DNA of 64,000 nucleotides from Eukaryota sp. TZLM1-RC (Eukaryota > Protista > Metamonada: BaSk clade), in contig JAUPSS010000003.1 in assembly GCA_040285825.1 (NCBI GenBank), positions 2,046,001 through 2,110,000 of the forward strand. The letters are read 5' to 3'. The position numbers were made by a program, and so were the translations under genes. The notes below the pieces were generated by a model. It saw only the letters and a list, made by a program, of their open reading frames with translations. It was not told the DNA's origin and ran no database searches. Numbering within the stretch: position 1 is the stretch's first letter; every line of letters begins with the position of its first letter. Below, in pieces: positions 1 through 13,560 of this stretch.

Positions 1-3000
1 CCCACTCTCCCCACAATACAAGCTATGCTCGAAATTCATTTCAAAAAAATTTTCATTCAAAAACTGATCATTGTACCAGAAAAAACACAGAAAAACCACC
101 ATTACGTTCCTTGCGTTCTGTTGCGCGTTCTATTAACAACTCCGTTTCTCGAAATTTGTTTTCTCCAGCTGAAACTGCAAAAAGTCAAAAGTCTATTTCT
201 ACTTTTAACTCAAAAATTGACAAAATTGAAAGAACTGAAAAAATGAAACCACTGCCATTAAAAAGGTTCTAAAAATGTTCGATTTGTGGTATCAGTGGTC
301 ATAATTCGAGAACGTGCCCTGAGAAACAAAAAAGAGAATTTGAATTAAAATCTGCTCAACAAATTCTCAAATGTTCTGTTCCAGCTGTTGCCGTTGTGAA
401 AGGTGTTGAAAATAATGTTTCTGACGATCAACAGTTAAATGCTTCTAGTGTTCCCTCTTCTTCCCCTTCTGAAAACAGTAATTTTTGTTGTCCATTTTGC
501 AAAAAAAGATGTTGCAGATTCACGAAATGGTCGAAAACTTCTGTTTTGTACGAATTGTAAAGCCGTTGATACCGTAAGACCCCCGATCCGGATCCCAGTA
601 GAAATAAGTCCCGCCAGCACAATCCCCTTCTCAATGGAAATGAGAAATTTTACTTCTGAATTGAAAAATAATAAGTGGAATATTTCATCCTTCTGGAAAT
701 ATTTTGCTAGAAAAAACAAAAATTGTTTTAAGAAAAATTTGGAAATAGAAAAATTGTAAAATCAAAAATTTGCCGAAAATTGTGCTTACGTGGTCGTTAT
801 GGTGCCGCAAAGCAGTCTTTGTTTTCCTCTTCTTTGGCTGATGTAAACTCTGATACTCTTGAAAAACTCCAAAAGTTGCATCCTCAAGAAAATTTCAAGT
901 GCAGCAAGCCTGAAGTGTGTCCTTTTGGATTGAAAATCCTATTACTGCAATTGAGGTTCTTAAAGCTATTCAAAAATTACCTAAGGGGAAAGCAGCAGGC
1001 CCATCTGGAATTTCTTTTGATCTCTTAAAAATAGCGTGTTCCAGTGCTCCCGAAATTGCTGATGATCTAGCCCACTATTTTCAACAATTAATTGTTTTGA
1101 AAATAAATCCTCCATTTGAATTGCTCGCAGCACGTCTGATTGCTTTAGTAAAGCCTGGAAACGGAATCAAACCTGATGGAATACGCCCAATTGCTGTTGG
1201 TGAATCTCTTTCTCGTTTGCAGGCATCAATTGTCTTCGATCGTGTCAAAGACAAAGCCTCTACATTTTTGAATCCTCATCAATTTGGAATCAAAACAATT
1301 GATGGTGCTTCTGTTGCTGCTATTCCCTCTGATACCTTTTTTAATGCAGAGGAAAATAATTTTATTTTTAATCTCGACTTTAAAAATGCTTTTAATTCTG
1401 TAAAGCGAGAAGCAATTTTTGAAGTTATTAAATCTGATTTTCCTGAGCTATCGAGTTTTTTCTACCATTTTTATGGTAAAGAATCAGATTTGATTTTTAA
1501 TTCATTTGCTCTTAAATCATCTTCTGGTGTGAAGCAAGGTGACCCTTTAGGTCCATTATTGTTTTGTTTGGCTATTCACAAAACTTTAAATATCATTAAG
1601 CAAAAATACCCTTCTATAAAAATAGTTGCTTATATGGATGATATATCCTTGATTGGTTCATTTGATTTACTAGAATTGGTTGCTCAAGAAATTGCCGATT
1701 CATATGAAAATATTGGGCTTCATCTTAATGCCAGCAAATGCCTTCTGATTGGCTCTTCTGCTCAAGACCTCGTGATAAACGATTCTATTGTCCCTTTTAC
1801 TAATTATAGTAGTGATGCTTTTTAAGTTCCTTGGTTGTTGGTTAGAAATGTGCCTCAAATTCAGAATGAATTGCAAGTTATTTTGGAAAAAATGAAAATT
1901 GAACTTGATTCAATTTCTTCTTTAGATATAGAAAAGCATATTAAATTTTTTATGCTTAAAATTTGCTACACTGGGAGAATAACCCACATTTTGAGATCTT
2001 GTGCTCCTTCCATAGCATTAGATTTTTGTCGTTCTTTTTAATTCATTGAGAACAGAATTTTTGCTGATTTATTGGATGTAGAACCAGGAATGTTGAAAAG
2101 CCATTTATTTTCTTCAGCAAATTTGGGGGTATTGGATTTACTAAATCTTCAATTTTGTGTCAATCAGCATTCTTGGGTGGTGGCAAAAATTTTATTTATG
2201 AATTTTCTCGTAGATTTCCTGATGATTCTCATCTGTTAGTCCCCAATTGTAGTCCCTATTTGTATGAGTTATCTTGTGAACTTGAAAAATTACCGCCACA
2301 AATTTGGACCAAATGTTTTCCTCAATCAATTCAAGAAATTCCAAACCGATCTCTATTTAATTTACAGTTTTGCTGTAAAAAGCTTCAACAAAATTGTCAA
2401 AGATTTTTGAAAGCTTGGATTTTGATGTTAGACTTGGCTTGGCCAAGAAAAAGAATCCCGCTTTTGCAAATCTTTTACAAGATATGTGTGACAGTACTTC
2501 TTCTGCCTTAGTAACAACAATTCCACAAGTTTATGGTACTCTCTTATCCGATTCTGCTTGGACTCTGAATATGAGATTTCGTTCCTTTATCTGGCCTGAT
2601 AATTTACCTCATAATTTAATTTGTAAATGTTCTCGAGAAATTACAACTACTCATTTGTTAAATTGTAAACATTTTATTACTTTTAGAAGCAAGGTTCATG
2701 ATGCTGTAAGAGACCAGTTATATTGTATGTGTAAATCTCATAGAATTGAATCCTTCTTGGAACCTTTGTTGTCAAATCTGTTTGATGCTGAAAATGATTT
2801 TCATAAGAATAATAGAGGTGTTGTCATATTACCTGGATTAGATGGAAGCTTCATTTTATTGGATGTAATGTCTGTTGATCCTTGTAATGTCTCAAATGAA
2901 AGGCTTGTTAATTCTGAAATTCATAATCCCCTTTCAAATGCTGAAAATTTTAAATTCAAAAAATACAATGAACCTTTGTCCAAATTGGCCAGTCTACAGC

Positions 3001-3307
3001 ATGCAAAATACAATTTGTATCCATTTGTATTTTCCCTTTTTGGTTCACTTGCACCAACTGCTTTACGTTTTTTGGATGATTTTGAAATGATTGTAAAGAG
3101 AAGAACTGGCAGAAATTTCAACAGATTGTTTTGGCAAAATAGAATTGTGTTTTCTATTTTTAAGGGGATGTTGAAGATGGTTTCTGATGCTTTGCTTTCT
3201 CTTGGATCTCACTATGAGAGAGTTGCATCTAGTGTTTTTGTTTTGGGAGAGATGGATTTTTTAGATGTTGATTTATAGGTTTAGAATAAAATTAAATTTA
3301 AAAAAAA
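1..3307 (+). mobile_element. Family A copy, near full length, 5' end outside window, homopolymer frameshifts
   Basis: ORF pieces 439-3278 match the 1056-aa protein; 3' AATAAA and A-tail at 3286-3307. Confidence 0.9.
3286..3291 (+). promoter_or_regulatory. AATAAA polyadenylation signal in the very short family A 3' UTR (representative; present in all six families)
   Basis: tag gtttag AATAAA attaaattt followed by an A-run. Confidence 0.7.
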
Positions 3308-5188
3308 GAACTCGAAACCTTTTTTTATAGGTTTTATGGTAATTCATCTGATTTAATTTTTAATTCTTTTAATCTGGATTCTTTATCAGGAGTTAAACAA
3401 GGAGACCCTTTAGGTCCTTTCTTTTTTTGTTTTGCAATTCACCCAATTTTGAAAAAATTAAAAGAAGAAAATTCTGACCTTCAAGTGGTAGCTTACATGG
3501 ATGACATTTCTTGTATTGGTCCAGAGAGTACAATTAATAGGGTTGCTAATGAAGCTGCTACATTATACCAATCCATAGGTCTTGATTTGAATGTTCAAAA
3601 ATGTTTTTGTATTTCTAGGAAAAATGTTAAGTTAATAATTAATTCCCTCGAAGTTCCATATATTGATTATACTTCAACTAGTTTCTGCTTTCTGGGTTGC
3701 TATTTAGGTTCCGCCGAAAAGACACTTGACAGCCTTGAAAATTATTTAAATTCAATTAAAAAAGAGCTAGAAGTCATAAAGACTCTTGAATTGGAAAAAC
3801 ATCTTAAGTTTTTTCTTTTGAAAATTTGTTATGCTGGAAAAATTACTCATTTACTGCGATCATTACCTCCATCCCTAACTTACAATTTTTGTAGACAATT
3901 TAACAAAATACGTACCCAATTTTTGGCTTATTTAATGTCTGTTGATCCATCAATTTTGAAAAATCATATTTTTTCTGATGTTCAACTTGGCGGTGTTGGA
4001 TTCAATTCATCAAAATATTTGACCAAAGCTGCATTTATTGGTGGTGGAAAAAATTTTGTATTTGAATTCTCTAGAAGATATCCTTTGCCGAAAATCTTCT
4101 TGAAAATACAAATAGCATATTCCTGGATAACTTAAGAGAAGAAATATCCAGTTTATCTCCCGACTTATGGCAATCATGTTTCCCCATATCCATTCAAGAA
4201 ATTCCAGACAGAAGTTTATATTCATTAAAATTTGCGTTGAAAAGCTCCAACGACATCTTTTGAAAAATTTTGAAAACAAGGATTTTATTGTTCGACTTAG
4301 CACGGCTAAGAAAGAAAATCCTGCTTTTGCCAATTTTTTGATTGATTTGAAGGACAGTTCATCGGCAGTTTTGATAAATCAAATTCCCCAGATTTATGGT
4401 CTATTTTTGAATGACGACCAATGGACCACTGCTATGAGAATGCGTTGTTATTTATGGCCTTGTAATTTGCCCAATGATTTGTTTTGTAAATGTGGAGCTG
4501 GTTTGACATTATCACATTTATTTAATTGTAATAGATATATTTCCTATCGTTCTACGTTGCATGATGCAGTCAGAGATCAAATCCATGCAATGTGTAATTC
4601 CTATCATATTGAATCTTTTGTAGAACCTTTGTTGAGGTCTCTTGATATAAATGAAAGCGTAAGAGATTCAGAATATGGACAACGACGTGCTGATGTTGTT
4701 GTGCCCTCGTTTGATGATGTCATGAATGTTGTTGATGTCGTAACAGTGGATGTTTGCAAGAAAAATGCCTTGAAAAATGCTCAATCCGAAGTATCCCCCC
4801 TTGATGACTCCGAATTGTACAAACGGAAAAAGTATGCAAATCCTTTAAAAGAATTGAAACATGTTCGCCATGTAGATTACCAAATTTGCCCATTTGCTAT
4901 ATCGTTGCATGGTCGTCTTGGAAAAACTGCTTTGAATTTTATTGATGATTTTGAAAATCTTGTGAAAAAAAGAATGAATAAGCGTTTTGATCGTCGCTTG
5001 TGGCTAAATCGTATTGTTTTTACTATTTTCAAATCAATTCCTAAAATGATTTCGAAAGCTTTAATGTCTGTCAGTGCACATTATGAAAACATTGCTGCTG
5101 TAAGGTTTGATGGTGTGGAAGCTTGTTTTGAAGATATTGACTTTTAGACTGTGGTTTTGAAAATAAATTAAAAGTATGTTAAAAAAAA
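3308..5188 (+). mobile_element. Family B copy, 5'-truncated (RT C-terminal half + RLE)
   Basis: GVKQGDPLGP and AYMDD; ORFs 3449-4135 and 4167-5147 ending CFEDIDF; AATAAA and A-tail. Confidence 0.88.
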
Positions 5189-5905
5189 TGTGGTAAACCT
5201 CTTTTGTTTACTCATCTTTTGAACTGCAAACATTTCATTACGTTTAGATGCAAAGTGCATAATATCGTCAGGGACCAAATTTATGTAATGTGCAAATCAT
5301 ATCGAGTAGATTCCTTTTTAGAACCGCTGTTATCAAAATTAATTCTTGATGATCCCAATATTGATAGTACGCGTTACAACAGAGCTTCTATGGGTCTGAC
5401 TAGAGGTGATCTAGTTGTTCCTGGTTTAAATGGTAGTTTTACTATTTTAGACGCCATGTCTATTGACCCTTGTAATTCCTCTAACGAACATCTCATTAAC
5501 TCGGATGTAAATAATCCTCTTCTTGCAGGCGAAAAATATAAAATTGCTAAATATGCGAAACCCATTTCCTCGGTTAATGAAAATTCTCATGCCCAATATA
5601 ATTTATGTCCATTTGTTTTTTCTTTGCTTGGATCTCTAGGTAAGGCTGCTATGGCTTTCCTTGAGGATTTTGTTGTAGTTGTAAAGGAAAGAACTGGAAG
5701 AATTTTCAATCGTGTTTACTGGCAAAACAGGATTGTATTTTCTATTTTTAAGGGAATGGTAAAACTAATTTCTGATTCACTATCTTCTTTTGGGAAATTT
5801 TCTGAATCTTTAGCAATTAATTGTTTTGATGTAGGGGAGGCAGGTTTTGAGGATGTCGAGTTTTAATTGTGTATTTCATATTTGTTGTTGAATAAAAATT
5901 AGTAT
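5189..5905 (+). mobile_element. Family C 3' part
   Basis: ORF 5204-5866 ending GFEDVEF; UTR with AATAAA. Confidence 0.88.
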
Positions 5906-6262
5906 AAAAAAAATACAATGAACCTTTGTCCAAATTGGCCAGTCTACAGCATGCAAAATACAATTTGTATCCATTTGTATTTTCCCTTTTTGGTTCACTT
6001 GCACCATCTGCTTTACGTTTTTTGGATGATTTTGAAATGATTGTAAAGAGAAGAACTGGCAGAAATTTCAACAGATTGTTTTGGCAAAATAGAATTGTGT
6101 TTTCTATTTTTAAGGGGATGTTGAAGATGGTTTCTGATGCTTTGCTTTCTCTTGGATCTCACTATGAGAGAGTTGCATCTAGTGTTTTTGTTCTGGGAGA
6201 GATGGATTTTTTAGATGTTGATTTATAGGTTTTGAATAAAATTTAAATTTTGGTAAAAAAAA
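5906..6262 (+). mobile_element. Family A 3' fragment
   Basis: ORF 5926-6228; tail ttttggtaaaaaaaa. Confidence 0.85.
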
Positions 6263-6727
6263 AGAAGATAGTGAATCAGAAATTAGTTTTACCATTCCCT
6301 TAAAAATAGAAAATACAATCCTGTTTTGCCAGTAAACACGATTGAAAATTCTTCCAGTTCTTTCCTTTTCAACTACAACAAAATCCTCAAGGAAAGCCAT
6401 AGCAGCCTTACCTAGAGATCCAAGCAAAGAAAAAACAAATGGACATAAATGTTCGTTTTGATCATATTCCTTTAAATGAATCACATCCGTTATTAATTTC
6501 TCTTGAAAAAATGGTGCAAGAACTACCTGTTGATATTTGGAATAGGAGTTTTCCTTCAAGTTTGCCTGCTGTGCCTTCGAGATCTTTCACCAACCTTCAT
6601 CTTGCTGTTGTGAAATTACAGAAGTCTGTTCTTATTGGTTTTGAAGACCTGGACTTTTCTAAACGACTTAGTGTGACTAAGATTAATAATCCCGTCTTTG
6701 CTGCCTTTTTATCAGACATTCAGAACT

Positions 6728-9700
6728 TTTTTTTTTAAAATTTAATTTTATTCTAAACCTATAAATCAACATCTAAAAAATCCATCTCTCCCAAAACAAA
6801 AACACTAGATGCAACTCTCTCATAGTGAGATCCAAGAGAAAGCAAAGCATCAGAAACCATCTTCAACATCCCCTTAAAAATAGAAAACACAATTCTATTT
6901 TGCCAAAACAATCTGTTGAAATTTCTGCCAGTTCTTCTCTTTACAATCATTTCAAAATCATCCAAAAAACGTAAAGCAGTTGGTGCAAGTGAACCAAAAA
7001 GGGAAAATACAAATGGATACAAATTGTATTTTGCATGCTGTAGACTGGCCAATTTGGACAACGGTTCATTGTATTTTTTGAATTTAAAATTTTCAGCATT
7101 TGAAAGGGGATTATGAATTTCAGAATTAACAAGCCTTTCATTTGAGGCATTACAAGGATCAACAGACATTACATCCAATAAAATGTAGCTTCCATCTAAT
7201 CCAGGTAATATGACATCACCTCTATTATTCTTATGAAAATCATTTTCAGCATCAAACAGATTTGACAACAAAGGTTCCAAGAAGGATTCAATTCTATGAG
7301 ATTTACACATACAATATAACTGGTCTCTTACAGCATCATGAACCTTGCTTCTAAAAGTAATAAAATGTTTACAATTTAACAAATGAGTAGTTGTAATTTC
7401 TCGAGAACATTTACAAATTAAATTATGAGGTAAATTATCAGGCCAGATAAAGGAACGAAATCTCATATTCAGAGTCCAAGCAGAATCGGATAAGAGAGTA
7501 CCATAAACTTGTGGAATTGTTGTTACTAAGGCAGAAGAAGTACTGTCACACATATCTTGTAAAAGATTTGCAAAAGCGGGATTCTTTTTCTTGGCCAAGC
7601 CAAGTCTAACATCAAAATCCAAGCTTTCAAAAATCTTTGACAATTTTTGTTGAAGCTTTTTACAGCAAAACTGTAAATTAAATAGAGATCGGTTTGGAAT
7701 TTCTTGAATTGATTGAGGAAAACATTTGGTCCAAATTTGTGGCGGTAATTTTTCAAGTTCACAAGATAACTCATACAAATAGGGACTACAATTGGGGACT
7801 AACAGATGAGAATCATCAGGAAATCTACGAGAAAATTCATAAATAAAATTTTTGCCACCACCCAAGAATGCTGATTGACACAAAATTGAAGATTTAGTAA
7901 AACCAATACCACCCAAATTTGCTGAAGAAAATAAATGGCTTTTCAACATTCCTGGTTCTACATCCAATAAATCAGCAAAAAATTCTGTTCTCAATGAATT
8001 AAAAGAACGACAAAAATCTAATGCTATGGAAGGAGCACAAGATCTCAAAATGTGGGTTATTCTCCCAGTGTAGCAAATTTTAAGCATGAAAAATTTAATA
8101 TGCTTTTCTATATCTAAAGAAGAAATTGAATCAAGTTCAATTTTCATTTTTTCCAAAATTACTTGCAATTCATTCTGAATTTGAGGCACATTTCCTAACC
8201 AACAACCAAGGAACTTAAAAGCATCACTACTATAATTAGTAAAAGGGACAATAGAATCGTTTATCACGAGGTCTTGAGCAGAAGAGCCAATCAGAAGGCA
8301 TTTGCTGGCATTAAGATGAAGCCCAATATTTTCATATGAATCGGCAATTTCTTGAGCAACCAATTCTAGTAAATCAAATGAACCAATCAAGGATATATCA
8401 TCCATATAAGCAACTATTTTTATAGAAGGGTATTTTTGCTTAATGATATTTAAAGTTTTGTGAATAGCTAAACAAAACAATAATGGGCCTAAAGGATCTC
8501 CCTGCTTCACTCCAGAAGATGATTTAAGACCAAATGAATTAAAAATTAAATCTGATTCTTTCCCATAAAAATGGTAGAAAAAACTCGATAGCTCAGGAAA
8601 ATCAGATTTAATAACTTCAAAAATTACTTCTCGCTTTACTGAATTAAAAGCATTTTTAAAGTCGAGATTAAAAATAAAATTATTTTCCTCTGCATTAAAA
8701 AAGGTATCAGAGGCAATAGCAGCAACAGAAGCACCATCAATTGTTTTGATTCCAAATTGATGAGGATTCAAAAATGTAGAAGCTTTGTCTTTGACACGAT
8801 CGAAGACAATTGATGCTAGCAAACGAGAAAGAGATTCACCAACAGCAATTGGGCGTATTCCATCAGGTTTGATTCCGTTTCCAGGCTTTACTAAAGCAAT
8901 CAGGCGTGCTGCGAGTAATTCAAATGGAGGATTAATTTTCAAAACAATCAATTGTTGAAAATAGTGGGCTAGATCATCAGCAATTTCGGGAGCACTGGAA
9001 CACGCTATTTTTAACAGATCAAAAGAAATTCCAGATGGGCCTGCTGCTTTCCCCTTTGGCAATTTTTGAATAGCTTTAAGAACTTCAATTGCAGTAATAG
9101 GATTTTCAATCCAAAAAGGACACACTTCAGGCTTGCTGCACTTGAAATTTTCTTGAGGATGCAACTTTTGAAGTTTTTCAAGGGTATCAGAGTTTGCATC
9201 AGCCAAAGAAGAGGAAAACAAAGACTGCTTTGCGGCACCATAACGACCACGTAAGCACAATTTACGGCAAATTTTTGATTTTGCAATTTTTCTATTTCCA
9301 AATTTTTTCTTAAAACAATTTTTGTTTTTTCTAGCAAAATATTTCCAGAAGGATGAAATATTCCACTTATTATTTTTCAATTCAGAAGTAAAATTTCTCA
9401 TTTCCATTGAGAAGGGGATTGTGTTGGCGGGACTTATTTCTACAGGGATCCGGATCGGGGGTCTTACGGTATCAACGGCTTTACAATTCGTACAAAACAG
9501 AAGTTTTCGACCATTTCGTGAATCTGCAACATCTTTTTTGCAAAATGGACAACAAAAATTACTGTTTTCAGAAGGGGAAGAAGAGGGAACACTAGAAGCA
9601 TTTAACTGTTGATCGTCAGAAACATTATTTTCAGCACCTTTCACAACGGCAACAGCTGGAACAGAACATTTGAGAATTTGTTGAGCAGATTTTAATTCAA

Positions 9701-10005
9701 ATTCTCTTTTTTGTTTCTCAGGGCACGTTCTCGAATTATGACCACTGATACCACAAATCGAACATTTTTTTGAACCTTTTAATGGCAGTGGTTTCATTTT
9801 TTCAGTTCTTTCAATTTTGTCAATTTTTGAGTTGAAAGTAGAAATAGACTTTTGACTTTTTGCAGTTTCAGCTGGAGAAAACAAATTTCGAGAAACGGAG
9901 TTGTTAATAGAACGCGCAACAGAACGCAAGGAACGTAATGGTGGTTTTTCTGTGTTTTTTCTGGTACAATGATCAGTTTTTGAATGAAAATTTTTTTGAG
10001 ATGAA
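6728..10005 (-). mobile_element. Family A copy with uninterrupted ORF, inserted in D
   Basis: TSD acattcagaact (6716-6727 / 10012-10023); T-run tail at 6728; 5' filler aactgt copies the adjacent target. Confidence 0.92.
6759..9929 (-). CDS. Family A polyprotein (CCHC knuckle, C4 Zn motif, reverse transcriptase, Zn motif, restriction-like endonuclease); frame uninterrupted but 5'-truncated
   Basis: 1056-aa ORF with CSICGISGHNSRTC, CPFC..CTNC, IRPIAVGE, LDFKNAFNS, GVKQGDPLGP, AYMDD, CKC..HLLNC..H, RGD..D..K..KY. The listed start is a TTG. The true ATG (MPLADSDS, seen at 14291 in another copy) lies 66 codons upstream and is absent here; full protein is ~1122 aa. Confidence 0.93.
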   Translation of the reverse strand: MRSVARSINNSVSRNLFSPAETAKSQKSISTFNSKIDKIERTEKMKPLPLKGSKKCSICGISGHNSRTCPEKQKREFELKSAQQILKCSVPAVAVVKGAENNVSDDQQLNASSVPSSSPSENSNFCCPFCKKDVADSRNGRKLLFCTNCKAVDTVRPPIRIPVEISPANTIPFSMEMRNFTSELKNNKWNISSFWKYFARKNKNCFKKKFGNRKIAKSKICRKLCLRGRYGAAKQSLFSSSLADANSDTLEKLQKLHPQENFKCSKPEVCPFWIENPITAIEVLKAIQKLPKGKAAGPSGISFDLLKIACSSAPEIADDLAHYFQQLIVLKINPPFELLAARLIALVKPGNGIKPDGIRPIAVGESLSRLLASIVFDRVKDKASTFLNPHQFGIKTIDGASVAAIASDTFFNAEENNFIFNLDFKNAFNSVKREVIFEVIKSDFPELSSFFYHFYGKESDLIFNSFGLKSSSGVKQGDPLGPLLFCLAIHKTLNIIKQKYPSIKIVAYMDDISLIGSFDLLELVAQEIADSYENIGLHLNASKCLLIGSSAQDLVINDSIVPFTNYSSDAFKFLGCWLGNVPQIQNELQVILEKMKIELDSISSLDIEKHIKFFMLKICYTGRITHILRSCAPSIALDFCRSFNSLRTEFFADLLDVEPGMLKSHLFSSANLGGIGFTKSSILCQSAFLGGGKNFIYEFSRRFPDDSHLLVPNCSPYLYELSCELEKLPPQIWTKCFPQSIQEIPNRSLFNLQFCCKKLQQKLSKIFESLDFDVRLGLAKKKNPAFANLLQDMCDSTSSALVTTIPQVYGTLLSDSAWTLNMRFRSFIWPDNLPHNLICKCSREITTTHLLNCKHFITFRSKVHDAVRDQLYCMCKSHRIESFLEPLLSNLFDAENDFHKNNRGDVILPGLDGSYILLDVMSVDPCNASNERLVNSEIHNPLSNAENFKFKKYNEPLSKLASLQHAKYNLYPFVFSLFGSLAPTALRFLDDFEMIVKRRTGRNFNRLFWQNRIVFSIFKGMLKMVSDALLSLGSHYERVASSVFVLGEMDFLDVDL

Positions 10006-11356
10006 AACTGTACATTCAGAACTGTACTAGTTTAATATCTCAGCAACCAAGGCCATTTGGTCTTCACTTAACAAATGAAGCTTGGAAACAAAACATGCGG
10101 TTGAGATTAGGGATGTATCCAAGTGGTCTTTTGGATAATTCTTATTGTATTTGTAACAAAAAACCTACTGCCAATTTTCGTCATATTGTGAGCTGTAAGA
10201 AATTTCTCCAATATAGGTCAGTTCTTCATAATGCCGTTCGTGATGTGACATATGAGATGTTCAAGTGTTACAATTTTAGTTGCAAAGTAGAACCTTTGTT
10301 GAAGCATTATAGTGATGATAATCTTTTTAATTCACGTCGAGGTGATTTAATTGCTCCTTTTGTGGATTCCTCTCAAGTTGTTGTTGATTTCACTACAGTT
10401 GATCCCTTTGCTTTTGTTTATCGCGATGATGTTTTACTTAGTACTAATGGTCATTTAAACAAGGCTGAAGATCGTAAGAGAGATAAATATACTGAGATAT
10501 TAAATGATTTAAATAAGAACCTTTATTCGAAGTTTTCGTTTGTTCCTTTTGCCTTTTCGATTTTTGGCAACATTGGACAATCCGCCTTGAATTTCATCAA
10601 TGATTTTGGTAATTTATGTCGTTCAAGTGGTAAGAATTTTGCAGAGAATTTATGGAAAAATCGTATCATTTTCGCTTTGTACAGAAGTGTTCCCAAGTAC
10701 TTGAGTTTAATGATGTCTAAACTTTATAAGGATTCATCAAGAGTTGGCGTGGAGAATTTAGTTTCTTATGTGTTTTAGTTTGTTTTGTTTTTATTTGATT
10801 CTTTAAATAAATAAAATTATTTTAATGGACATAAATTATATTGGGCATGAGAATTTTCATTAACCGAGGAAATGGGTTTCGCATATTTAGCAATTTTATA
10901 TTTTTCGCCTGCAAGAAGAGGATTATTTACATCCGAGTTAATGAGATGTTCGTTAGAGGAATTACAAGGGTCAATAGACATGGCGTCCAAAATAGTAAAA
11001 CTACCATTTAAACCAGGAACATCTAGATCACCTCTAGTCAGACCCACAGAAGCTCTGTTGTAACGCGTACTATCAATATTGGGATTATCAAGAATTAATT
11101 TTGATAACAGCGGTTCTAAAAAGGAATCTACTCTATATGATTTGCACATTACATAAATTGGGTCCCTGACGTTATTATGCACTTTGCTTCTAAACGTAAT
11201 GAAATGTTTGCAGTTCAAAAGATGAGTAAACAAAAGAGGTTTACCACATTTACAAGTTAAATGATTGGGAAAATTGTTTGGCCACAGAAAACAACGAAAA
11301 CGCATGCTTAGAAGCCATTCATTGTTTTTTAACAAAAGTCCATAAACATTGGGAAC

Positions 11357-13560
11357 TTTAATTCATTGAGAACAGAATTTTTTGCTGATTTATTGGATGT
11401 AGAACCAGGAATGTTGAAAAGTCACTTATTTTCTTCAGCAAATTTGGGTGGTATTGGATTTACTAAATCTTCAATTCTGTGTCAATCAGCATTCTTGGGT
11501 GGTGGCAAAAATTTTATTTATGAATTTTCTCGTAGATTTCCTGATGATTCTCATCTGTTAGTTCCCAATTGCAGTCTTTATTTGTATGAGTTATCTTGTG
11601 AACTTGAAAAATTGCCGCCACAAATTTGGACCAAATGTTTTCCTCAATCAATTCAAGATGCAAATCTTTTACAAGATATGTGTGACAGTACTTCTTCTGC
11701 CTTAGTAACAAAAATTCCACAAGTTTATGGTACTCTCTTATCCGATTCTGCTTGGACTCTGAATATGAGATTTCGTTCCTTTATCTGGCCTGATAATTTA
11801 CCTCATAATTTAATTTGTAAATGTTCTCGAGAAATTACAACTACTCATTTGTTAAATTGTAAACATTTTATTACTTTTAGAAGCAAGGTTCATGATGCTG
11901 TAAGAGACCAGTTATATTGTATGTGTAAATCTCATAGAATTGAATCCTTCTTGGAACCTCTGTTGTCAAATCTGTTTGATGCTGAAAATGATTTTCATAA
12001 GAATAATAGAGGTGATGTCATATTACCTGGATTAGATGGAAGCTTCATTTTATTGGATGTAATGTCTGTTGATCCTTGTAATGCCTCAAATGAAAGGCTT
12101 GTTAATTCTGAAATTCATAATCCCCTTTCAAATGCTGAAAATTTTAAATTCAAAAAATACAATAATCCTTTGTCCAAATTGGCCAGTCTACAGCATGCAA
12201 AATACAATTTGTATCCATTTGTATTTTCCCTTTTTGGTTCACTTGCACCAACTGCTTTACGTTTTTTGGATGATTTTGAAATGATTGTAACATCTTTTGA
12301 AAAATTTTGAAAACAAGGATTTTATTGTTCGACTTAGCACGGCTAAGAAAGAAAATCCTCCTTTTGCCAATTTTTTGATTGATTTGAAGGACAGTTCATC
12401 TGCAGTTTTGATAAATCAAATTCCCCAGATTTATGGTCTATTTTTGAATGACGACCAATGGACCACTGCTATGAGAATGCGTTGTTATTTATGGCCTTGT
12501 AATTTGCCCAATGATTTGTTTTGTAAATGTGGAACTGGTTTGACATTATCACATTTATTTAATTTTTTTTTAAAAATTTAATTTTATTCTAAACCTATAA
12601 ATCAACATCTAAAAAATCCATCTCTCCCAAAACAAAAACACTAGATGCAACTCTCTCATACTCTCTCATTATTTAATTGTAATAGATATATTTCCTATCG
12701 TTCTACGTTGCATGATGCAGTCAGAGATCAAATCCATGCAATGTGTAATTCCTATCATATTGAATCTTTTGTAGAACCTTTGTTGAGGTCTCTTGATATA
12801 AATGAAAGCGTAAGAGATTCAGAATATGGAAAACGACGTGCTGATGTTGTTGTGCCCTCGTTTGATGATGTCATGAATGTTGTTGATGTCGTAACAGTGG
12901 ATGTTTGCAAGAAAAATGCCTTGAAAAATGCTCAATCCGAAGTATCCCCCCTTGATGACTCCGAATTGTACAAACCGAAAAAGTATGCAAATCCTTTAAA
13001 AGAATTGAAACATGTTCGCCATGTAGATTACCAAATTTGCCCATTTGCTATATCATTGTATGGTCGTCTTGGAAAAACTGCTTTGAATTTTATTGATGAT
13101 TTTGAAAATCTTGTGAAAAAAAGAATGAATAAGCGTTTTGATCGTCGCTTGTGGCTAAATCGTATTGTTTTTACTATTTTCAAATCAATTCCTAAAATGA
13201 TTTCGAAAGCTTTAATGTCTGTCAGTGCACATTATGAAAACATTGCTGCTGTAAGGTTTGATGGTGTGGAAGCTTGTTTTGAAGATATTGACTTTTAGAC
13301 TGTGGTTTTGAAAATAAACTAAAAAAATACAAAAAAAAATTGTAAAGAGAAGAACTGGCAGAAATTTCAACAGATTGTTTTGGCAAAATAGAATTGTGTT
13401 TTCTATTTTTAAGGGGATGTTGAAGATGGTTTCTGATGCTTTGCTTTCTCTTGGATCTCACTATGAGAGAGTTGCATCTAGTGTTTTTGTTCTGGGAGAG
13501 ATGGATTTTTTAGATGTTGATTTATAGGTTTTGAATAAAATTTAAATTTTGTAAAAAAAA
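11357..13560 (+). mobile_element. Family A 5'-truncated copy with 129-bp in-frame deletion, split by B
   Basis: ORF 11366 reads QSIQD-ANLLQ; A resumes at 13339. Confidence 0.85.
12291..13338 (+). mobile_element. Family B 5'-truncated copy containing a ~100-bp family A 3' end (12565-12668, minus)
   Basis: Short TSD attgtaa (12284-12290 / 13339-13345); inner TSD ttatttaatt (12555-12564 / 12669-12678). Confidence 0.83.

Larger units (their letters stand above)
6451..10823 (+). mobile_element. Family D copy, 5'-truncated, split by a family A insertion
   Basis: ORFs 6439-6738 and 10095-10778 (ends NLVSYVF); 13-bp TSD aatggacataaat. Confidence 0.87.
6263..11356 (-). mobile_element. Family C internal fragment (6263-6450 + 10824-11356) split by a family D insertion
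   Basis: C sequence resumes after TSD aatggacataaat (6438-6450 / 10824-10836). Confidence 0.85.

Noticed and set aside
6759-9929. Prokaryotic RT system (group II intron, retron, DGR, CRISPR-RT)
   Set aside because: A-tails, AATAAA, 5' truncations, TSDs and a C-terminal RLE identify eukaryotic non-LTR retrotransposons.
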